Shown one piece after another: positions 41,257-52,442 of a DNA stretch of 64,000 nt. Origin of the DNA: an uncultured Candidatus Binatia bacterium (GTDB lineage Bacteria; Desulfobacterota; Binatia; Bin18). Each line of letters opens with the position of its first letter. Position 1 is the stretch's first letter. The notes beneath the pieces are model-generated. The model had not been told where the DNA came from. It ran no database searches and saw only the letters and a program-made list of their open reading frames with translations. The stretch spans positions 4,160,001 through 4,224,000 of the forward strand of contig OZ243961.1 of the NCBI GenBank assembly GCA_965214605.1, written 5' to 3'. The position numbers and the translations under genes were made by a program.

Positions 41257-41652
41257 TTAGCCGCGCTGCACCAACTCAACAATATTGCCGTCGGGGTCTT
41301 TGACCATGGCGACGCGTACTCCGGGCCGAAACTCGGTCTCGGGAAGGGTAAATTCCACGCCTTTGTCCTTCAGCTCGGCACACATGGCGCTGATATCGTT
41401 GATCACAAAGGTGATGTAACGAAACCCGAGCTGTTTCTCTAAGCCGATGGTCCCGGCCGGTGGGACGGTCTTGGGGTCGATCAGTTTGATGTCGCTCTTG
41501 CCGAAGTGGAGCCGGTGCAGGGCGCCGAACGGGGTGGCCAGTTCTTCGCTCTTTTCTAAGCCGAGCATGCCTTGGTAAAAGTCCAGACTCTTGTTGATGT
41601 TGCTGACAACAATGCCGAGGTCGACCGAATCTTTGGCTGGATTAAGTGGCAT
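41257..41652 (-). CDS. VOC family protein
   Basis: DLGIVVSNINKSLDFY and VKDPDGNIVELV. Confidence 0.88.
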   Translation of the reverse strand: MPLNPAKDSVDLGIVVSNINKSLDFYQGMLGLEKSEELATPFGALHRLHFGKSDIKLIDPKTVPPAGTIGLEKQLGFRYITFVINDISAMCAELKDKGVEFTLPETEFRPGVRVAMVKDPDGNIVELVQRG

Positions 41653-41677
41653 AAACACTCCTGAAGGGGGATAAAGC

Positions 41678-42073
41678 TTAGCCGCGTGGACCGCTGAGTT
41701 CGATGAGTTCAATCTTGTAGCCGTTGGGATCTTCCACAAAGGCAATAACTGCGCCGCCGTGCATCATCGGTCCGGCTTCGCGGACGACTTTGACGCCTTT
41801 TTCCTTGAGTTCTTCGCACTTCTCATAAATACCATCAATGCCGATGGCCAGATGACCAAAGGCGTCGCCCTGATCATAGCTCGACGTGTCCCAGTTGTGG
41901 GTTAGCTCGATGACCGAATTATCTTTTTCATCGCCATAGCCGACAAAGGCCAAGGTGAACTTTCCGCCTGGGTAGTCCTTTTTACGCAGCAGTTTCATCC
42001 CCAAGGATTCGGTGTAGAACTTGATCGACTCATCCATATCATTGACCCGAATCATGGTGTGCAAAAGTTGCAT
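41678..42073 (-). CDS. gloA: Lactoylglutathione lyase (glyoxalase I)
   Basis: LLHTMIRV, IELTHNWD, FGHLAI and FVEDPNGYKIELI. Confidence 0.96.
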   Translation of the reverse strand: MQLLHTMIRVNDMDESIKFYTESLGMKLLRKKDYPGGKFTLAFVGYGDEKDNSVIELTHNWDTSSYDQGDAFGHLAIGIDGIYEKCEELKEKGVKVVREAGPMMHGGAVIAFVEDPNGYKIELIELSGPRG

Positions 42074-42187
42074 AGCCTTCCTCCTTCATGCCTCTCAGGC
42101 TGTTTTGACGCTGTCGACAGCGGCCAACTTACGAATTTCATGCGAATCATGCAACGGGTCCGTGTTAATAAAAAAGACGGCTGCGCC

Positions 42188-42655
42188 TCAGCGTCCTTCG
42201 CCAATCAAGCGGACGATGGCAGCTTGCAGTTGCTCCGCGTCGTCTTCATTGAGACCGGCCTCACACTTGGGAAACAGCTCACGTTCTTCGCTGCGAACGT
42301 GGCGTTCAAGCAGTCGGCCAAACGCTTTGAGCTGAGCGGTGAAATGAGACGGGGTGGCCTGCTCGAGCGCTTGAACCTGGCTGCGCATTTCCGCGTGTTC
42401 GGCGAGCAGCGTGTCGAGTAGAGGGATGGTTTGGGGCAGCGTCTCACGGATGAGGGGAAACAGGGCCTGCTCTTCGGCCTGAAAGTGGGTGGTCAGCTTG
42501 GTATGAAAAAAGCGGATGGTGTCCTGAGCTTGGGCTTGCGGGCTGTCGGTCGGCTGCCGGGTAGGTGGGAAACCCTGGACTAGGCGAAAGGCCAGCAGCA
42601 GGGCGACATGATGCTCGCGTGACAACGGAACCAGGCTGGGATGACGTTTGGCCAC
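42188..42655 (-). CDS. Hemerythrin domain protein
   Basis: LSREHH, HFQAEE..LFP, EH and HVRSEERELFP; GTG start after gaggag. Confidence 0.88.
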   Translation of the reverse strand: MAKRHPSLVPLSREHHVALLLAFRLVQGFPPTRQPTDSPQAQAQDTIRFFHTKLTTHFQAEEQALFPLIRETLPQTIPLLDTLLAEHAEMRSQVQALEQATPSHFTAQLKAFGRLLERHVRSEERELFPKCEAGLNEDDAEQLQAAIVRLIGEGR

Positions 42656-42668
42656 AGAACTCACTCCT

Positions 42669-44585
42669 CTATACATCAACCTCATCGACCTTTGGTGCGC
42701 GGTCCATGATGAAGGTAAAGCGGGGCTGGACCTCTTTGCCCATCAGGGTTTGAAGGGCCGCGTCCGTCCGCTCGGCATCTTCAATCGTCACCTGGAGAAG
42801 CGTGCGCGAACGCGGGTCAAGCGTAGTTTCTTTGAGGGTCGCGGGGTTCATCTCGCCCAGGCCCTTAAAGCGTTGGACGTAGGCCTGTTTGGCGTTCCCG
42901 TTCTGCTCGGATAAAATCCGATCTTTGTGGGCCTCGTCGACCGCCCACATGAGTGCCTTGTCGATTTCAATTTTATACAGCGGCGGCTGGGCAATATATA
43001 CATGGCCGTGTCGAATCAGCTCTGGGAGGTGACGGTAAAAGAAGGTCAGCAGCAGGGTGCAGATATGGTTGCCGTCTGAATCGGCGTCCATCAGCAGGCA
43101 GATCTTGTGGTAGCGCAGTTTGGATACATTACAGGTGTTACCGATCCCACAGCCGAGGGCCGACACAATATCGCCTAATTCTTTGTTAGTAAGCACTTTT
43201 TTGAGCGTTGCCTGCTCGGTATTAAGCACTTTGCCGCGCAGCGGCAGGATGGCCTGGGTACGGCGGTCGCGACCCTGTTTGGCGGAGCCGCCGGCCGAGT
43301 CGCCCTCAACGATGAACAACTCACTCACTGCCGGATTGGTCGACGAGCAGTCGGCCAATTTGCCTGGCAGATTGAGCCGGTGGGAAACCGAACTTTTGTT
43401 GCGAACGGTTTCTAACGCGGCACGCGAGGCGGTTCGGGCGCGGACGGCCAGAATTATCCGCTGGGCAATCGCCTGAGCCTGGCTACGATTCTGGAGGAGA
43501 AAATTTTCGAGCGCGATACGGATCAGGCCGTCGATTTTGGCGCTGACCTCAGGGTTGCCAAGCTTTTCTTTGGTCTGGCCCTGAAACTGGGGGTGCTTTA
43601 AGTACAGGCTCAGAATGGCGACTATGCCCTCTCGGGTGTCTTCGGCGGTCAGGTTGAGCCCTTTGGGCAGCAGGTCGTTCACATTCAAATAATTCCGCAC
43701 GGCTTTTACTATCCCGGTTTTGAGGCCGTTTTCGTGTGTGCCGCCAAACGGAGTGGGAATCCCATTGACAAAGGTGTACAGCCGCTCGTCGGGTGAGGCG
43801 GTCCAGGTCAGGACACACTCAAACACAGGATCGTCCGGCCGCTCCAAGTGAAAAACCTCGGGAATAACGGCTTTTTTGTTGTCTAGCAGTTTGGTCAAAT
43901 AGGCTTTCAGACCGTCCTTGTACTGATAGCGTGTGGCTTGGCCGCTGACCTCATTGCGGAAGGTCAAGCGGAGGCCCTTGTGTAGATAGGCCTTGGCTTC
44001 GAGCCGTTCGGCGATCAGTTCGGGATTGAGCTGAATCGACGGAAAGATGTCGGCGTCGGGACGGAAGCTAATCGTTGTTCCGCTGCCGCGCAGCTCGCCG
44101 TTGGACGTGAGCTGCTCGAGCTTGCTCGTCGCCCGTCCACGGGAAAAGGTCTGCTGCCATTCGGTCCCCCCGCGCTTAACACGAGCGATGAGTTGATCGG
44201 ACAGGGCGGTGACAACCGAGGCCCCGACCCCGTGTAAACCGCCCGAGTGCGAGTAGTTCAGGCCCTCGAACTTGCCCCCGGCGTGCAGAGTGGTCAGGAT
44301 AAGCTCCAGGGCCGATTTCTCAAACTTGGGATGGATATCAACTGGGATGCCCCGGCCGTTATCGCTAACGCTGACCGTTGTCCCATCCTTGTGCAGCCGG
44401 ACTTCGATTCGGCTGGCATACCCGTTCATGGCCTCATCCACGGCGTTATCCAGCAGCTCCCACACCAGATGGTGCAACCCGACGCTGTCCACCCCGCCGA
44501 TATACATCCCGGGCCGTTTGCGGACCGGCTCTAGGCCTTCCAGAACCGTAATGTCTTTGGCCGTGTAACTATTTTGGGCTGCCAT
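42669..44585 (-). CDS. parE: Type IIA topoisomerase B subunit (ParE-like)
   Basis: [36 protein letters not shown] and DADSDG; short form; gyrase versus topo IV unresolved. Confidence 0.8.
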   Translation of the reverse strand: MAAQNSYTAKDITVLEGLEPVRKRPGMYIGGVDSVGLHHLVWELLDNAVDEAMNGYASRIEVRLHKDGTTVSVSDNGRGIPVDIHPKFEKSALELILTTLHAGGKFEGLNYSHSGGLHGVGASVVTALSDQLIARVKRGGTEWQQTFSRGRATSKLEQLTSNGELRGSGTTISFRPDADIFPSIQLNPELIAERLEAKAYLHKGLRLTFRNEVSGQATRYQYKDGLKAYLTKLLDNKKAVIPEVFHLERPDDPVFECVLTWTASPDERLYTFVNGIPTPFGGTHENGLKTGIVKAVRNYLNVNDLLPKGLNLTAEDTREGIVAILSLYLKHPQFQGQTKEKLGNPEVSAKIDGLIRIALENFLLQNRSQAQAIAQRIILAVRARTASRAALETVRNKSSVSHRLNLPGKLADCSSTNPAVSELFIVEGDSAGGSAKQGRDRRTQAILPLRGKVLNTEQATLKKVLTNKELGDIVSALGCGIGNTCNVSKLRYHKICLLMDADSDGNHICTLLLTFFYRHLPELIRHGHVYIAQPPLYKIEIDKALMWAVDEAHKDRILSEQNGNAKQAYVQRFKGLGEMNPATLKETTLDPRSRTLLQVTIEDAERTDAALQTLMGKEVQPRFTFIMDRAPKVDEVDV

Positions 44586-46923
44586 ACCTTTCCTCCTCAT
44601 CCACCCCACGAACGGCGGTCAGCGCCATGCGTTTGACCAGCCGTTGACCTTTGCCTGCCCGTTGACCGAGCGGAATGCCTTTGACACGTCGTTGTCTGCC
44701 GTCGGAACCCAACACCGTCACCCTGGCGCCCGCTGGTGTGGTGGTCGCGCCGATAAAACGGTCGTCCTTCTCCAGCCGCATGAGGATCACCCCTCGGCCG
44801 GCCCCGGCTAGCTCTGAGACATCTTCGACCGGGAAGGCCAGTAGTTGTCCGCAGTGGGTCGCGCACACCACCTGGGCGTGGCGGATCGGTTCTACAGAGA
44901 CAACCTCATCGCCGTCCGCCAAACGGGCAATTTTACGACCGTTCCGCGTCGTCTCTTCAAGATTGGGACGAAAGCGAAAGCCCAGACCTCGGGCCGTGGC
45001 CAACAGGTAGGACGGGCCGGTCCCGGAGCCGCCTTGGGCCGCCGCTTCGAACAGATCGGCCTGGTCGTTTGCAGACGTCGAGCCGTTGCTGGCCGGGGCG
45101 GGTGAGGGCTTATCGCTGACCAAACTTACAGTGACAATTTGCTCCCGGTCCTGAAAGTGAAACACGGTCTGGATCGGTTCACCGTAGCCGGTCGAGGCGG
45201 GAACATCGCGGAGCTTGAGTACATATAGGCCGCCTTTATTGGTGAAAAAAGCCAGCCGGTCCCGTGTGGTGCCGGTCAAAATCGTCTGAATACCATCGCC
45301 CTCGCGCAGACGAGGGCTGGTCGGGTCCTTGAGTTCGCGCACGCGTTTGATCCATCCGTCGCGACTGAGGACGACGGTGGCTTCTTCGTGGACAATATAG
45401 GCTTCGGGATCGTAGTTGAGTTCTTCTCCGGCCCGCAGCGCGCTACGCCGTTTGTCGCCGTAGCGCTTGCTCAGTTCGCGCAACTCGTCCCCAATCACTG
45501 TCCAGCGTTTGGTTTCTTCTGCAAGCAGGCCGCGCAGCTTGCCGGCCCGTTCTTCTTTGTCAGCCTGCTCGGTCTGGATTTTGTCGATTTCCAGCCGCGC
45601 TAGCTGGTACAGACGGATTTCGAGAATTGCCTCGGTCTGCGATTCGTCAAGCCCAAAGCCGGCCATGAGTTTGCGGCGGGCGTCTTGGCGTGACTCCGCA
45701 GTGCGAATGGCGTGGATCACCGCATCTAGACGGCCGGCAATCAGGCTCAGACCGGCCAAGATGTGTAGGCGGGTCTCCAACTCAGCCAGCTCGTGGGCAA
45801 AGCGTTTGGTGATGACCTCAAGACGAAAGTCCAGAAAATACCGACACAGGTCTCTGAGCGTGGCCCTGAGCGGCTGACCGACCAACGGGCTGGTGGTGGT
45901 CGGGACTAGGCAGGTCAGGTTGATCGGATACGAGATCTGTAGCGACGTATGGCGACACAGATAGGCCAGGGCCAACTCTTCGGAACTGTCTCCCTTGAGT
46001 TCCAGCACAATCCGGATATCGTCGGTCGACTCATCGCGTACATCAAGGATCTGCGGGACTTTGCGCGTGACCACCAGCTCGGCAATTTTTTCGACCAGCT
46101 GAGCTTTATTCACGGTGTAGGGCAGGGAGGTAATCACAACCTGGCGTTTGCCGCGCGGCAGCGCTTCCACCCGCCACTCCCCCCGCAGCTTGAGCGTGCC
46201 CTGGCCGGTTTCGTATATTTGGCGCAGCTCACTTCTAGAGGTCAGAATTTCCCCTCCGGTCGGGAAGTCAGGGCCTTTGATTGAGCGCAGTAAGCCTGCG
46301 GTAGTGATGTCCGGGTTGTTAAGCATGGCCAGCAGGGCTTTCACGACCTCATGAAAATTATGCGGTGGGATATTGGTGGCCATGCCGACAGCGATACCGC
46401 TGGCCCCGTTCAGCAACAGCTGGGGGAGGGCGGATGGCAGCACGACCGGTTCATCAACCGTGGCATCGTAGTTTGGACGGTAGGGAATTGTTTGACCCCG
46501 TAGATCGCGAAACAACTCTTCGGCCAAGGGCACCAGCTTGGCCTCGGTATAACGCATGGCCGCGGCATTATCGCCGTCCAGCGAGCCAAAATTGCCCTCA
46601 CCGTGAACCAACGGATAGCGCATTGAGAAGGGCTGAGCCAGGCGGACCATGGCGTCATACGCAGCTTGGTCGCCGTGGGGATGGTATTTGCCGAGTACTT
46701 CGCCGACTACCGCGGCCGATTTGCGTGGTCTGGCATTCCCGCCCAGACGCAGGTTTTGGAACATGGCATACAACAGCCGCCGCTGGACCGGTTTGAGCCC
46801 ATCGCGCACATCAGGCAGCGCCCGTGAGGTAATCACGCTCAGCGCGTAGTTGAGATAGCGTCCTTCGGCCTGTTGGACCAGGTCTACAGGGAGAATCCGC
46901 TCTGCCACCGCCGACTGTTTCAT
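44569..46923 (-). CDS. parC: Type IIA topoisomerase A subunit (ParC-like)
   Basis: [21 protein letters not shown] and AAMRYTE catalytic Tyr; no GyrA-box at the start of the CTD. Confidence 0.8.
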   Translation of the reverse strand: MKQSAVAERILPVDLVQQAEGRYLNYALSVITSRALPDVRDGLKPVQRRLLYAMFQNLRLGGNARPRKSAAVVGEVLGKYHPHGDQAAYDAMVRLAQPFSMRYPLVHGEGNFGSLDGDNAAAMRYTEAKLVPLAEELFRDLRGQTIPYRPNYDATVDEPVVLPSALPQLLLNGASGIAVGMATNIPPHNFHEVVKALLAMLNNPDITTAGLLRSIKGPDFPTGGEILTSRSELRQIYETGQGTLKLRGEWRVEALPRGKRQVVITSLPYTVNKAQLVEKIAELVVTRKVPQILDVRDESTDDIRIVLELKGDSSEELALAYLCRHTSLQISYPINLTCLVPTTTSPLVGQPLRATLRDLCRYFLDFRLEVITKRFAHELAELETRLHILAGLSLIAGRLDAVIHAIRTAESRQDARRKLMAGFGLDESQTEAILEIRLYQLARLEIDKIQTEQADKEERAGKLRGLLAEETKRWTVIGDELRELSKRYGDKRRSALRAGEELNYDPEAYIVHEEATVVLSRDGWIKRVRELKDPTSPRLREGDGIQTILTGTTRDRLAFFTNKGGLYVLKLRDVPASTGYGEPIQTVFHFQDREQIVTVSLVSDKPSPAPASNGSTSANDQADLFEAAAQGGSGTGPSYLLATARGLGFRFRPNLEETTRNGRKIARLADGDEVVSVEPIRHAQVVCATHCGQLLAFPVEDVSELAGAGRGVILMRLEKDDRFIGATTTPAGARVTVLGSDGRQRRVKGIPLGQRAGKGQRLVKRMALTAVRGVDEEERYGSPK

Positions 46924-47059
46924 ACATCCTCCTCCACCAGCGAATTATAGGCGAATTGAAAGCGAAAGCTCAACGGGGCTTTTGCGCTCCTTACTGATCT
47001 TTCCGTCATTGGTCAAGGGCTGGTGGATAAGCGGAGCGGGTCAAGAGAGATAAGGGGAA

Positions 47060-47400
47060 AAATATCTTGCTCCCGTATTCATGATTGGAGGAAACACCTA
47101 TCGTGTGATGGTCTTGGCTCATTGCCATCGGGGCTAAAGTCTCTATGCGCCATGTCCTGGCCGCTGAGATTGGCTGGCCCTCCGTCCGCTCTTGGACATA
47201 CGGCACGAGTCCCGGATTACAGCGGACGGGAGAGGGTGAGTTCCGTCATGGAGGAGCAGCGACTCAAGCAGGCCAACCGTCCTGAAAGAGACTCTCACGG
47301 GATTGTCTCGGAGCTCTTGAGGGGCAGGCAGGAGCCGAACGTCCGACAGGTCCGCGCTCTTGCCAAGCCGACCGGGGTCTTACCGGAGGGGTTTCTCTGG
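47060..47400 (+). pseudogene. Degraded higB-higA toxin-antitoxin module
   Basis: VFMIGGNTYRV, then frameshifted KVSMRHVL (HigB-like); MEEQRLKQ...SHGIVSELLRGRQEPNVRQVRALAK (HigA HTH-like). Confidence 0.7.
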
Positions 47401-47499
47401 GCAGAACCGCTCCAAGGCTATTGTCGTGAAGACCGCGACTTCTCACAGGAATATCTGAGCGTCGCTCGCTCCGTCCCAAACGTGCCGGCAAGGGGGAGT

Positions 47500-48354
47500 T
47501 CAACTCCCAAAAAATTCTAGAGCTTGCTGAATCACAAACTCGGGCTTCTCTTCGGCGATAAAGTGACCGCACTCGGCCACCGCCCCACCCCGAACGTTCT
47601 CGGCCACACCCTGCCACACGGACACAATGTCGGCCAGGAAGCGCTCTCCGCCCCAGGCCAGAACCGGCATCTTCAGTTTCTCGGTACAGCGTTTGAGGTT
47701 CTCCAGGTCCTTATTCAAACCGGTGGCGTAATACTGAAAGCCAGCGCGTAAGGCTCCGGGTGCCGAGTAAACCCGGACATATTCGTCAATGTCTTCTTTG
47801 CTGAAGACGGTTGGACTGTAGTTGTAATCTGGTGAGGTGTAAAAATGGCTCAGATAGGCCCGGACGTTGGTGCTGACCAGCTTTTCAGCCAGGTCGGGGA
47901 TACCGGCATGAAAAAACACGTGCCAGAAGCGCCGCGCGACCTGGAGGTCCATTTTATCGCCGGTACGGCCCAGGCCCGGTATCATATCCAGTATCATCAG
48001 CCGCTCGACCATTTCGGGGTGATCGTAGGCCAGATAGTAGGCCACCGCCCCGCCCCAGTCGTGGCCGGTTAGGCCGATCTTTTCATGACCCAGAGACTGG
48101 AGCAGAGCGTGCACATCAGAGGCTAGGGTGCGTTTGTCATACCCGGTTAACGGTCGGCCAGAATCACCCAGTCCGCGCAGATCCGGGGCAATCACTGTAA
48201 AATGCTCGGCCAGGGGCGGAATAATCTTGCGCCACTCATACCAACTCTGCGGCCAGCCGTGGACAAAGACCAGCGGATAACCGGAACCGGCCGTGACGTA
48301 GTGCATGCGAAAGCCGTTGATCATTTTGGTGTGATGGGTAAAAAGCTCGGACAT
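47500..48354 (-). CDS. Alpha/beta hydrolase, epoxide hydrolase/haloacetate dehalogenase-like
   Basis: HGWP, PDLRGLGDS, GHDWG (Asp nucleophile) and CGHF. Confidence 0.92.
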   Translation of the reverse strand: MSELFTHHTKMINGFRMHYVTAGSGYPLVFVHGWPQSWYEWRKIIPPLAEHFTVIAPDLRGLGDSGRPLTGYDKRTLASDVHALLQSLGHEKIGLTGHDWGGAVAYYLAYDHPEMVERLMILDMIPGLGRTGDKMDLQVARRFWHVFFHAGIPDLAEKLVSTNVRAYLSHFYTSPDYNYSPTVFSKEDIDEYVRVYSAPGALRAGFQYYATGLNKDLENLKRCTEKLKMPVLAWGGERFLADIVSVWQGVAENVRGGAVAECGHFIAEEKPEFVIQQALEFFGS

Positions 48355-48401
48355 GGATCGCCTCCTGTTTTAATAAGCATCCTATGGTAGGATGCTGGGT
48401 A

Positions 48402-49430
48402 ATGAAAGAGCCTGTTTTTCTCCAGACCTGCCGCCGTCAACCAACCCCATACACGCCGGTGTGGTTGATGCGCCAGGCTGGGCGCTATATGCCCGAGTAC
48501 CGTGCGCTACGAGCCAAGGTTTCGTTTCTGGAACTGTGTAAAACGCCGGATCTGGCTGCCCAGGTGACGGTTGACGCGGTTGAGCGGCTGGGGGTTGATG
48601 CGGCCATTATCTTTGCTGATATTCTGCTGATTGTGGAGCCGATGGGGGTCGGCTTGGAGTTTGCCCAGGGCGATGGGCCAATCATTCACCGGCCGCTCCG
48701 TTCGGGCCGAGACATTGACCGGGTGCAAGACAGGCCCGCTGCACAGGCCCTGGACTTTGTGTGTGAGGCGGTGCGTAAGGCCCGGGCTGCGTTGCCCCAG
48801 GATATTGCTCTGATCGGATTTGCAGGAGCTCCTTTCACTGTTGCGTCGTATCTGATCGAAGGTGGTGGATCGCGCCATTATCTTGAGACCAAGCGCCTGA
48901 TGTACGCCGACCCCGAAGCCTGGCGGACGCTAATGGCCTATCTTGTCCGCGTGACAACCGACTATCTGAATGGACAGATCGCGGCCGGAGCGCAGGCCGT
49001 TCAGCTATTTGACTCGTGGGTCGGCTGTTTATCGCCCGACGACTACCGAAACTTCGTCCTGCCCCATATGCAGGCGCTGATAGGCGGCCTCACTCCGAAG
49101 GTGCCGGTCATCCACTTTGGCACCAACACGGCCAGCCTGCTTGAGCTGCTGGCCCAGGCTGGCGGCGATGTGATCGGGGTGGACTGGCGCACTGACCTCG
49201 ACGTTGCCTGGTCCCGGATCGGCTTTGATCGAGCGGTGCAGGGCAATCTCGATCCGGTCAGCCTGTTTGCCCCGTTCGATATCCTCCGCGGGCGGGTCGC
49301 GCGGGTGCTGAACGCGGCGGCGAGTCGCCCAGGACACGTGTTTAACCTCGGCCACGGTATTTTGCCCCGCACGCCGGTCGAGCAGGTGATTGCCCTGGTC
49401 GAGCTCGTGCACGAAATGTCAGCCAGATGA
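48402..49430 (+). CDS. hemE: Uroporphyrinogen decarboxylase
   Basis: PVWLMRQAGRY, IFADIL, QLFDSW, QGNLDP and FNLGHG. Confidence 0.97.
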   Translation: MKEPVFLQTCRRQPTPYTPVWLMRQAGRYMPEYRALRAKVSFLELCKTPDLAAQVTVDAVERLGVDAAIIFADILLIVEPMGVGLEFAQGDGPIIHRPLRSGRDIDRVQDRPAAQALDFVCEAVRKARAALPQDIALIGFAGAPFTVASYLIEGGGSRHYLETKRLMYADPEAWRTLMAYLVRVTTDYLNGQIAAGAQAVQLFDSWVGCLSPDDYRNFVLPHMQALIGGLTPKVPVIHFGTNTASLLELLAQAGGDVIGVDWRTDLDVAWSRIGFDRAVQGNLDPVSLFAPFDILRGRVARVLNAAASRPGHVFNLGHGILPRTPVEQVIALVELVHEMSAR

Positions 49431-49433
49431 AAA

Positions 49434-50411
49434 TTGAGCCAACAGGCCCGTCCCCATTCACGTTTGACGCCCTCCAGTATCCCCATGCCTTTTGACGCGG
49501 TCCTGCTCATTGCCTTTGGCGGCCCGGAAAAGATGGACGAGGTGCGCCCCTTTCTGGCCAACGTCTTACGCGGACGACCCACCTCGCCCCAACGACTCGA
49601 AGCGGTTGTCCGTCACTACGCCTTATTGAATGGTCACTCACCGCTTACGGCGATCACCCTGCGCCAAGCCGGCGCCTTGCATGCCGTCCTGGCGCGCAAG
49701 GGACTTGACCTGCCGGTGTATGTTGGGATGCGCAACTGGCATCCGTATTTGTCCGAAACCTTGGCCCGCATGACGGCTGACGGGGTAGGACGCGCCTTGG
49801 GCGTCATAATGTCTGCCCAGCAGAGCGAGGCCGGCTGGCAGCGCTATAAAGACAACGTTGCAGAAGCACAGGAACGGGTCGGGAGTCAGGCCCCCCGTGT
49901 GGACTACATTCCAGGCTGGCACAATCATGCGCTGTTTATCGATACGGTCAGCGCTCTAGCCGAGCGGGAATTCGCTGCGCTCGGTCAGGATAAGCGGCCC
50001 TCCACCCCGCTCGTTTTTACCGCTCACAGCCTACCGAGCGCGATGCCGGGCGTCGCGCGATATGTGGCCCAAATTGAAGAGGGCGCCCGCCTAGTCGCCG
50101 CTAAGATGGAACACGCGGTCTGGCGCACTGCCTACCAGAGTCGGAGCGGCGATCCCCGCACGCCGTGGTTGGAGCCCGATATCGGTAGCGTGTTGCAACA
50201 GCTTGCAGCGGAAGGAGCGCGTGACCTTGTTGTCTGTCCCATCGGATTTGTGTGCGATCATGTGGAAATCCTGTACGACCTGGATATTGAGGCGAGGCAG
50301 GTCGCCGAACGGCTGGGCCTAAACATGCGGCGGGCTAGCACGGTCAACGACCATCCCACATTCATTCAGATGCTGGCAGTGATCGTACAGCAGGAGATTG
50401 AAAGGGCATAA
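49434..50411 (+). CDS. hemH: Ferrochelatase
   Basis: FGGPE, GMRNWHP, FTAHSLP, YQSRSG..PWLEPD and DHVEILYDLD; start may be 49485. Confidence 0.95.
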   Translation: MSQQARPHSRLTPSSIPMPFDAVLLIAFGGPEKMDEVRPFLANVLRGRPTSPQRLEAVVRHYALLNGHSPLTAITLRQAGALHAVLARKGLDLPVYVGMRNWHPYLSETLARMTADGVGRALGVIMSAQQSEAGWQRYKDNVAEAQERVGSQAPRVDYIPGWHNHALFIDTVSALAEREFAALGQDKRPSTPLVFTAHSLPSAMPGVARYVAQIEEGARLVAAKMEHAVWRTAYQSRSGDPRTPWLEPDIGSVLQQLAAEGARDLVVCPIGFVCDHVEILYDLDIEARQVAERLGLNMRRASTVNDHPTFIQMLAVIVQQEIERA

Positions 50412-50413
50412 AC

Positions 50414-51844
50414 ATGGCATCTGTTCCGGTACACATAGCGATCATCGGTGCGGGTATTGCTGGGCTGGCCGCGGCCTACCGTCTGCAGGAACTGAGCAAG
50501 GAGCGCGAAATCCCGCTGCGCTTTAGCGTGCTTGAAGCCAGTGACCGTTTGGGCGGGACGATTGGGACGGAGCAGCGTGACGGGTTCGTGCTTGAATACG
50601 GTCCCGATTCTTTTATCTCCGAAAAACCGTGGGCCCTGGACCTCTGCCGTCGCCTGGGACTGGAGGATGAACTGATTAGCACCCAAGATCAGTTCCGGAC
50701 CACCTTTGTGGTGCGCCGGGGTCAGCTGGAGCCTTTACCCGAAGGGTTTATGCTCCTGGCTCCGACCCGTTTGGGGTCCCTCGTGCGTTCCCGTATTTTT
50801 TCCTGGCAGGGAAAGCTGCGGATGGGCCTTGATTTGGTTCTACCGCGCGGACAACAGCGAGACGATGAGAGCTTAGGCTCTTTTGTACGACGACGGCTCG
50901 GCCGGGAAGCCCTGGATCGGGTCGCCCAACCCCTGATCGGTGGAATCTACACGGCCGATCCCGACGAGCTGAGCCTGGCCGCAACCATGCCGCGCTTTCT
51001 TCAGATGGAACGGAAACGGCGTAGCCTGATTTATGCTCTGTGGCAAGCCGGGCGTAAAAGCCCCCAAGACGCCAAGGATGCCAGCGGAGCGCGCTGGAGT
51101 CTGTTCGTGACCCTGCGCAACGGTATGCAGCAGATAGTCGATACGCTGGTGGGACGTTTGTCTCTGGGCGTGATTCGTGACAAGACCGCGGTCCGGTCGG
51201 TCCAACCCCGCGACACGGCCTGGCAAATCGAGTGTCAAAACGGCTCCCGTCTCCAGGCCGACGGGGTAATTTTGGCGACGCCTGCTTTTCAAACGGCCCG
51301 GATGCTGCGTGCCTGCGACGCCGAGCTGGCCGACCAATTAGCGGTCATTGGGTACAGTTCAGCTGCCATCGTCAGCCTCGCCTATTATCGCCAGGACATT
51401 CCGCACGCTTTAAACGGCTTTGGTTTTGTTGTACCGCGTATTGAGAACCGCTCAATTATTGCGGGCACGTTTTCCAGCGTGAAATATTCTGGGCGCGCCC
51501 CAGACGGTCGGGTGTTGCTCCGCGCTTTTGTTGGTGGGGCTTTGCAGGCTGAGATGCTTGAGTTGGACGATGACGAGATGGAACGCATGGTCCGCCGAGA
51601 GTTTGCCGCGCTGCTAGGGATCAAAGCTGCCCCGCTGTTTACCCTGATTGCCCGCTATCCGAATTCCATGCCGCAGTATCTGGTCGGCCATCTTGAGCGA
51701 GTGGCCGCCATCGAACACCGACTGGCAGCCCATCCCGGCCTGGCTCTGGCTGGCAACGCTTACCGGGGGGTCGGCATCGCGGATTGTGTGCGCAGTGGGG
51801 AAGCCGCGGCCCAAGACATCTTGGGCCAGCTCAGACCGTCGTAG
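50414..51844 (+). CDS. hemY: HemY-type (copro/proto)porphyrinogen oxidase
   Basis: GAGIAGL FAD motif, EYGPDSF, GIYTAD, GFGFVVP, MPQY and GVGIADC. Confidence 0.93.
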   Translation: MASVPVHIAIIGAGIAGLAAAYRLQELSKEREIPLRFSVLEASDRLGGTIGTEQRDGFVLEYGPDSFISEKPWALDLCRRLGLEDELISTQDQFRTTFVVRRGQLEPLPEGFMLLAPTRLGSLVRSRIFSWQGKLRMGLDLVLPRGQQRDDESLGSFVRRRLGREALDRVAQPLIGGIYTADPDELSLAATMPRFLQMERKRRSLIYALWQAGRKSPQDAKDASGARWSLFVTLRNGMQQIVDTLVGRLSLGVIRDKTAVRSVQPRDTAWQIECQNGSRLQADGVILATPAFQTARMLRACDAELADQLAVIGYSSAAIVSLAYYRQDIPHALNGFGFVVPRIENRSIIAGTFSSVKYSGRAPDGRVLLRAFVGGALQAEMLELDDDEMERMVRREFAALLGIKAAPLFTLIARYPNSMPQYLVGHLERVAAIEHRLAAHPGLALAGNAYRGVGIADCVRSGEAAAQDILGQLRPS

Positions 51845-51919
51845 CTAGAAGCTGGCGGATCCTTGGCCAGCGCTGACTTCCCCACGAACGTATCACCCTT
51901 CGTAAGGTTGCAAAACGCG

Positions 51920-52411
51920 CTAGTACCATCGCTCATCCCACACCAGTAAGGCGACTAACGCGCGGCGCTGGTTGAGCCGGGCATAGGTGTTGGCAGCGGC
52001 AATAGCTTCGCCTTCGTGAAGATAGTAAGAGAGCAGGTCGCCCTGCTTGGTGAAAACGGGGTCGGGCTCGCGCAGCACGACGAGGGGGGGCGAGTCGTTT
52101 GGGGCTACTTGCGCGTCGGGTTGGGAGGAGGGTGCAGGCCAGGGCAGATCTGGGCGCGGCTTTGGCGTGCTGTACACTTTTTCAAGCAACAGGAACTGGG
52201 TAAAATCCTTAGGGATGCGTTCCTGGGCTTCGGCGTAGATATACTCCAACCGTGACTTGTCCAGCAGGAGACTCCAGTTGGGTTTGCGGTGGGTCAGGTA
52301 GAAAAAAACGTAGCCGGCGTCACCACGGCCCGAACGGGTAAACGGCGTTCGAGCTGGCAGGGCGGTTGACGGAAAGTTCCGGTAGTATGGGTTGTAGGGA
52401 CGCTTGGCCAT
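51920..52411 (-). CDS. Hypothetical protein
   Basis: 163-aa ORF with a purine-rich SD-like region; no recognised motif. Confidence 0.55.
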   Translation of the reverse strand: MAKRPYNPYYRNFPSTALPARTPFTRSGRGDAGYVFFYLTHRKPNWSLLLDKSRLEYIYAEAQERIPKDFTQFLLLEKVYSTPKPRPDLPWPAPSSQPDAQVAPNDSPPLVVLREPDPVFTKQGDLLSYYLHEGEAIAAANTYARLNQRRALVALLVWDERWY

Positions 52412-52442
52412 ACGCCTTCTCCCACATCAGGGCGGTTGAGGG

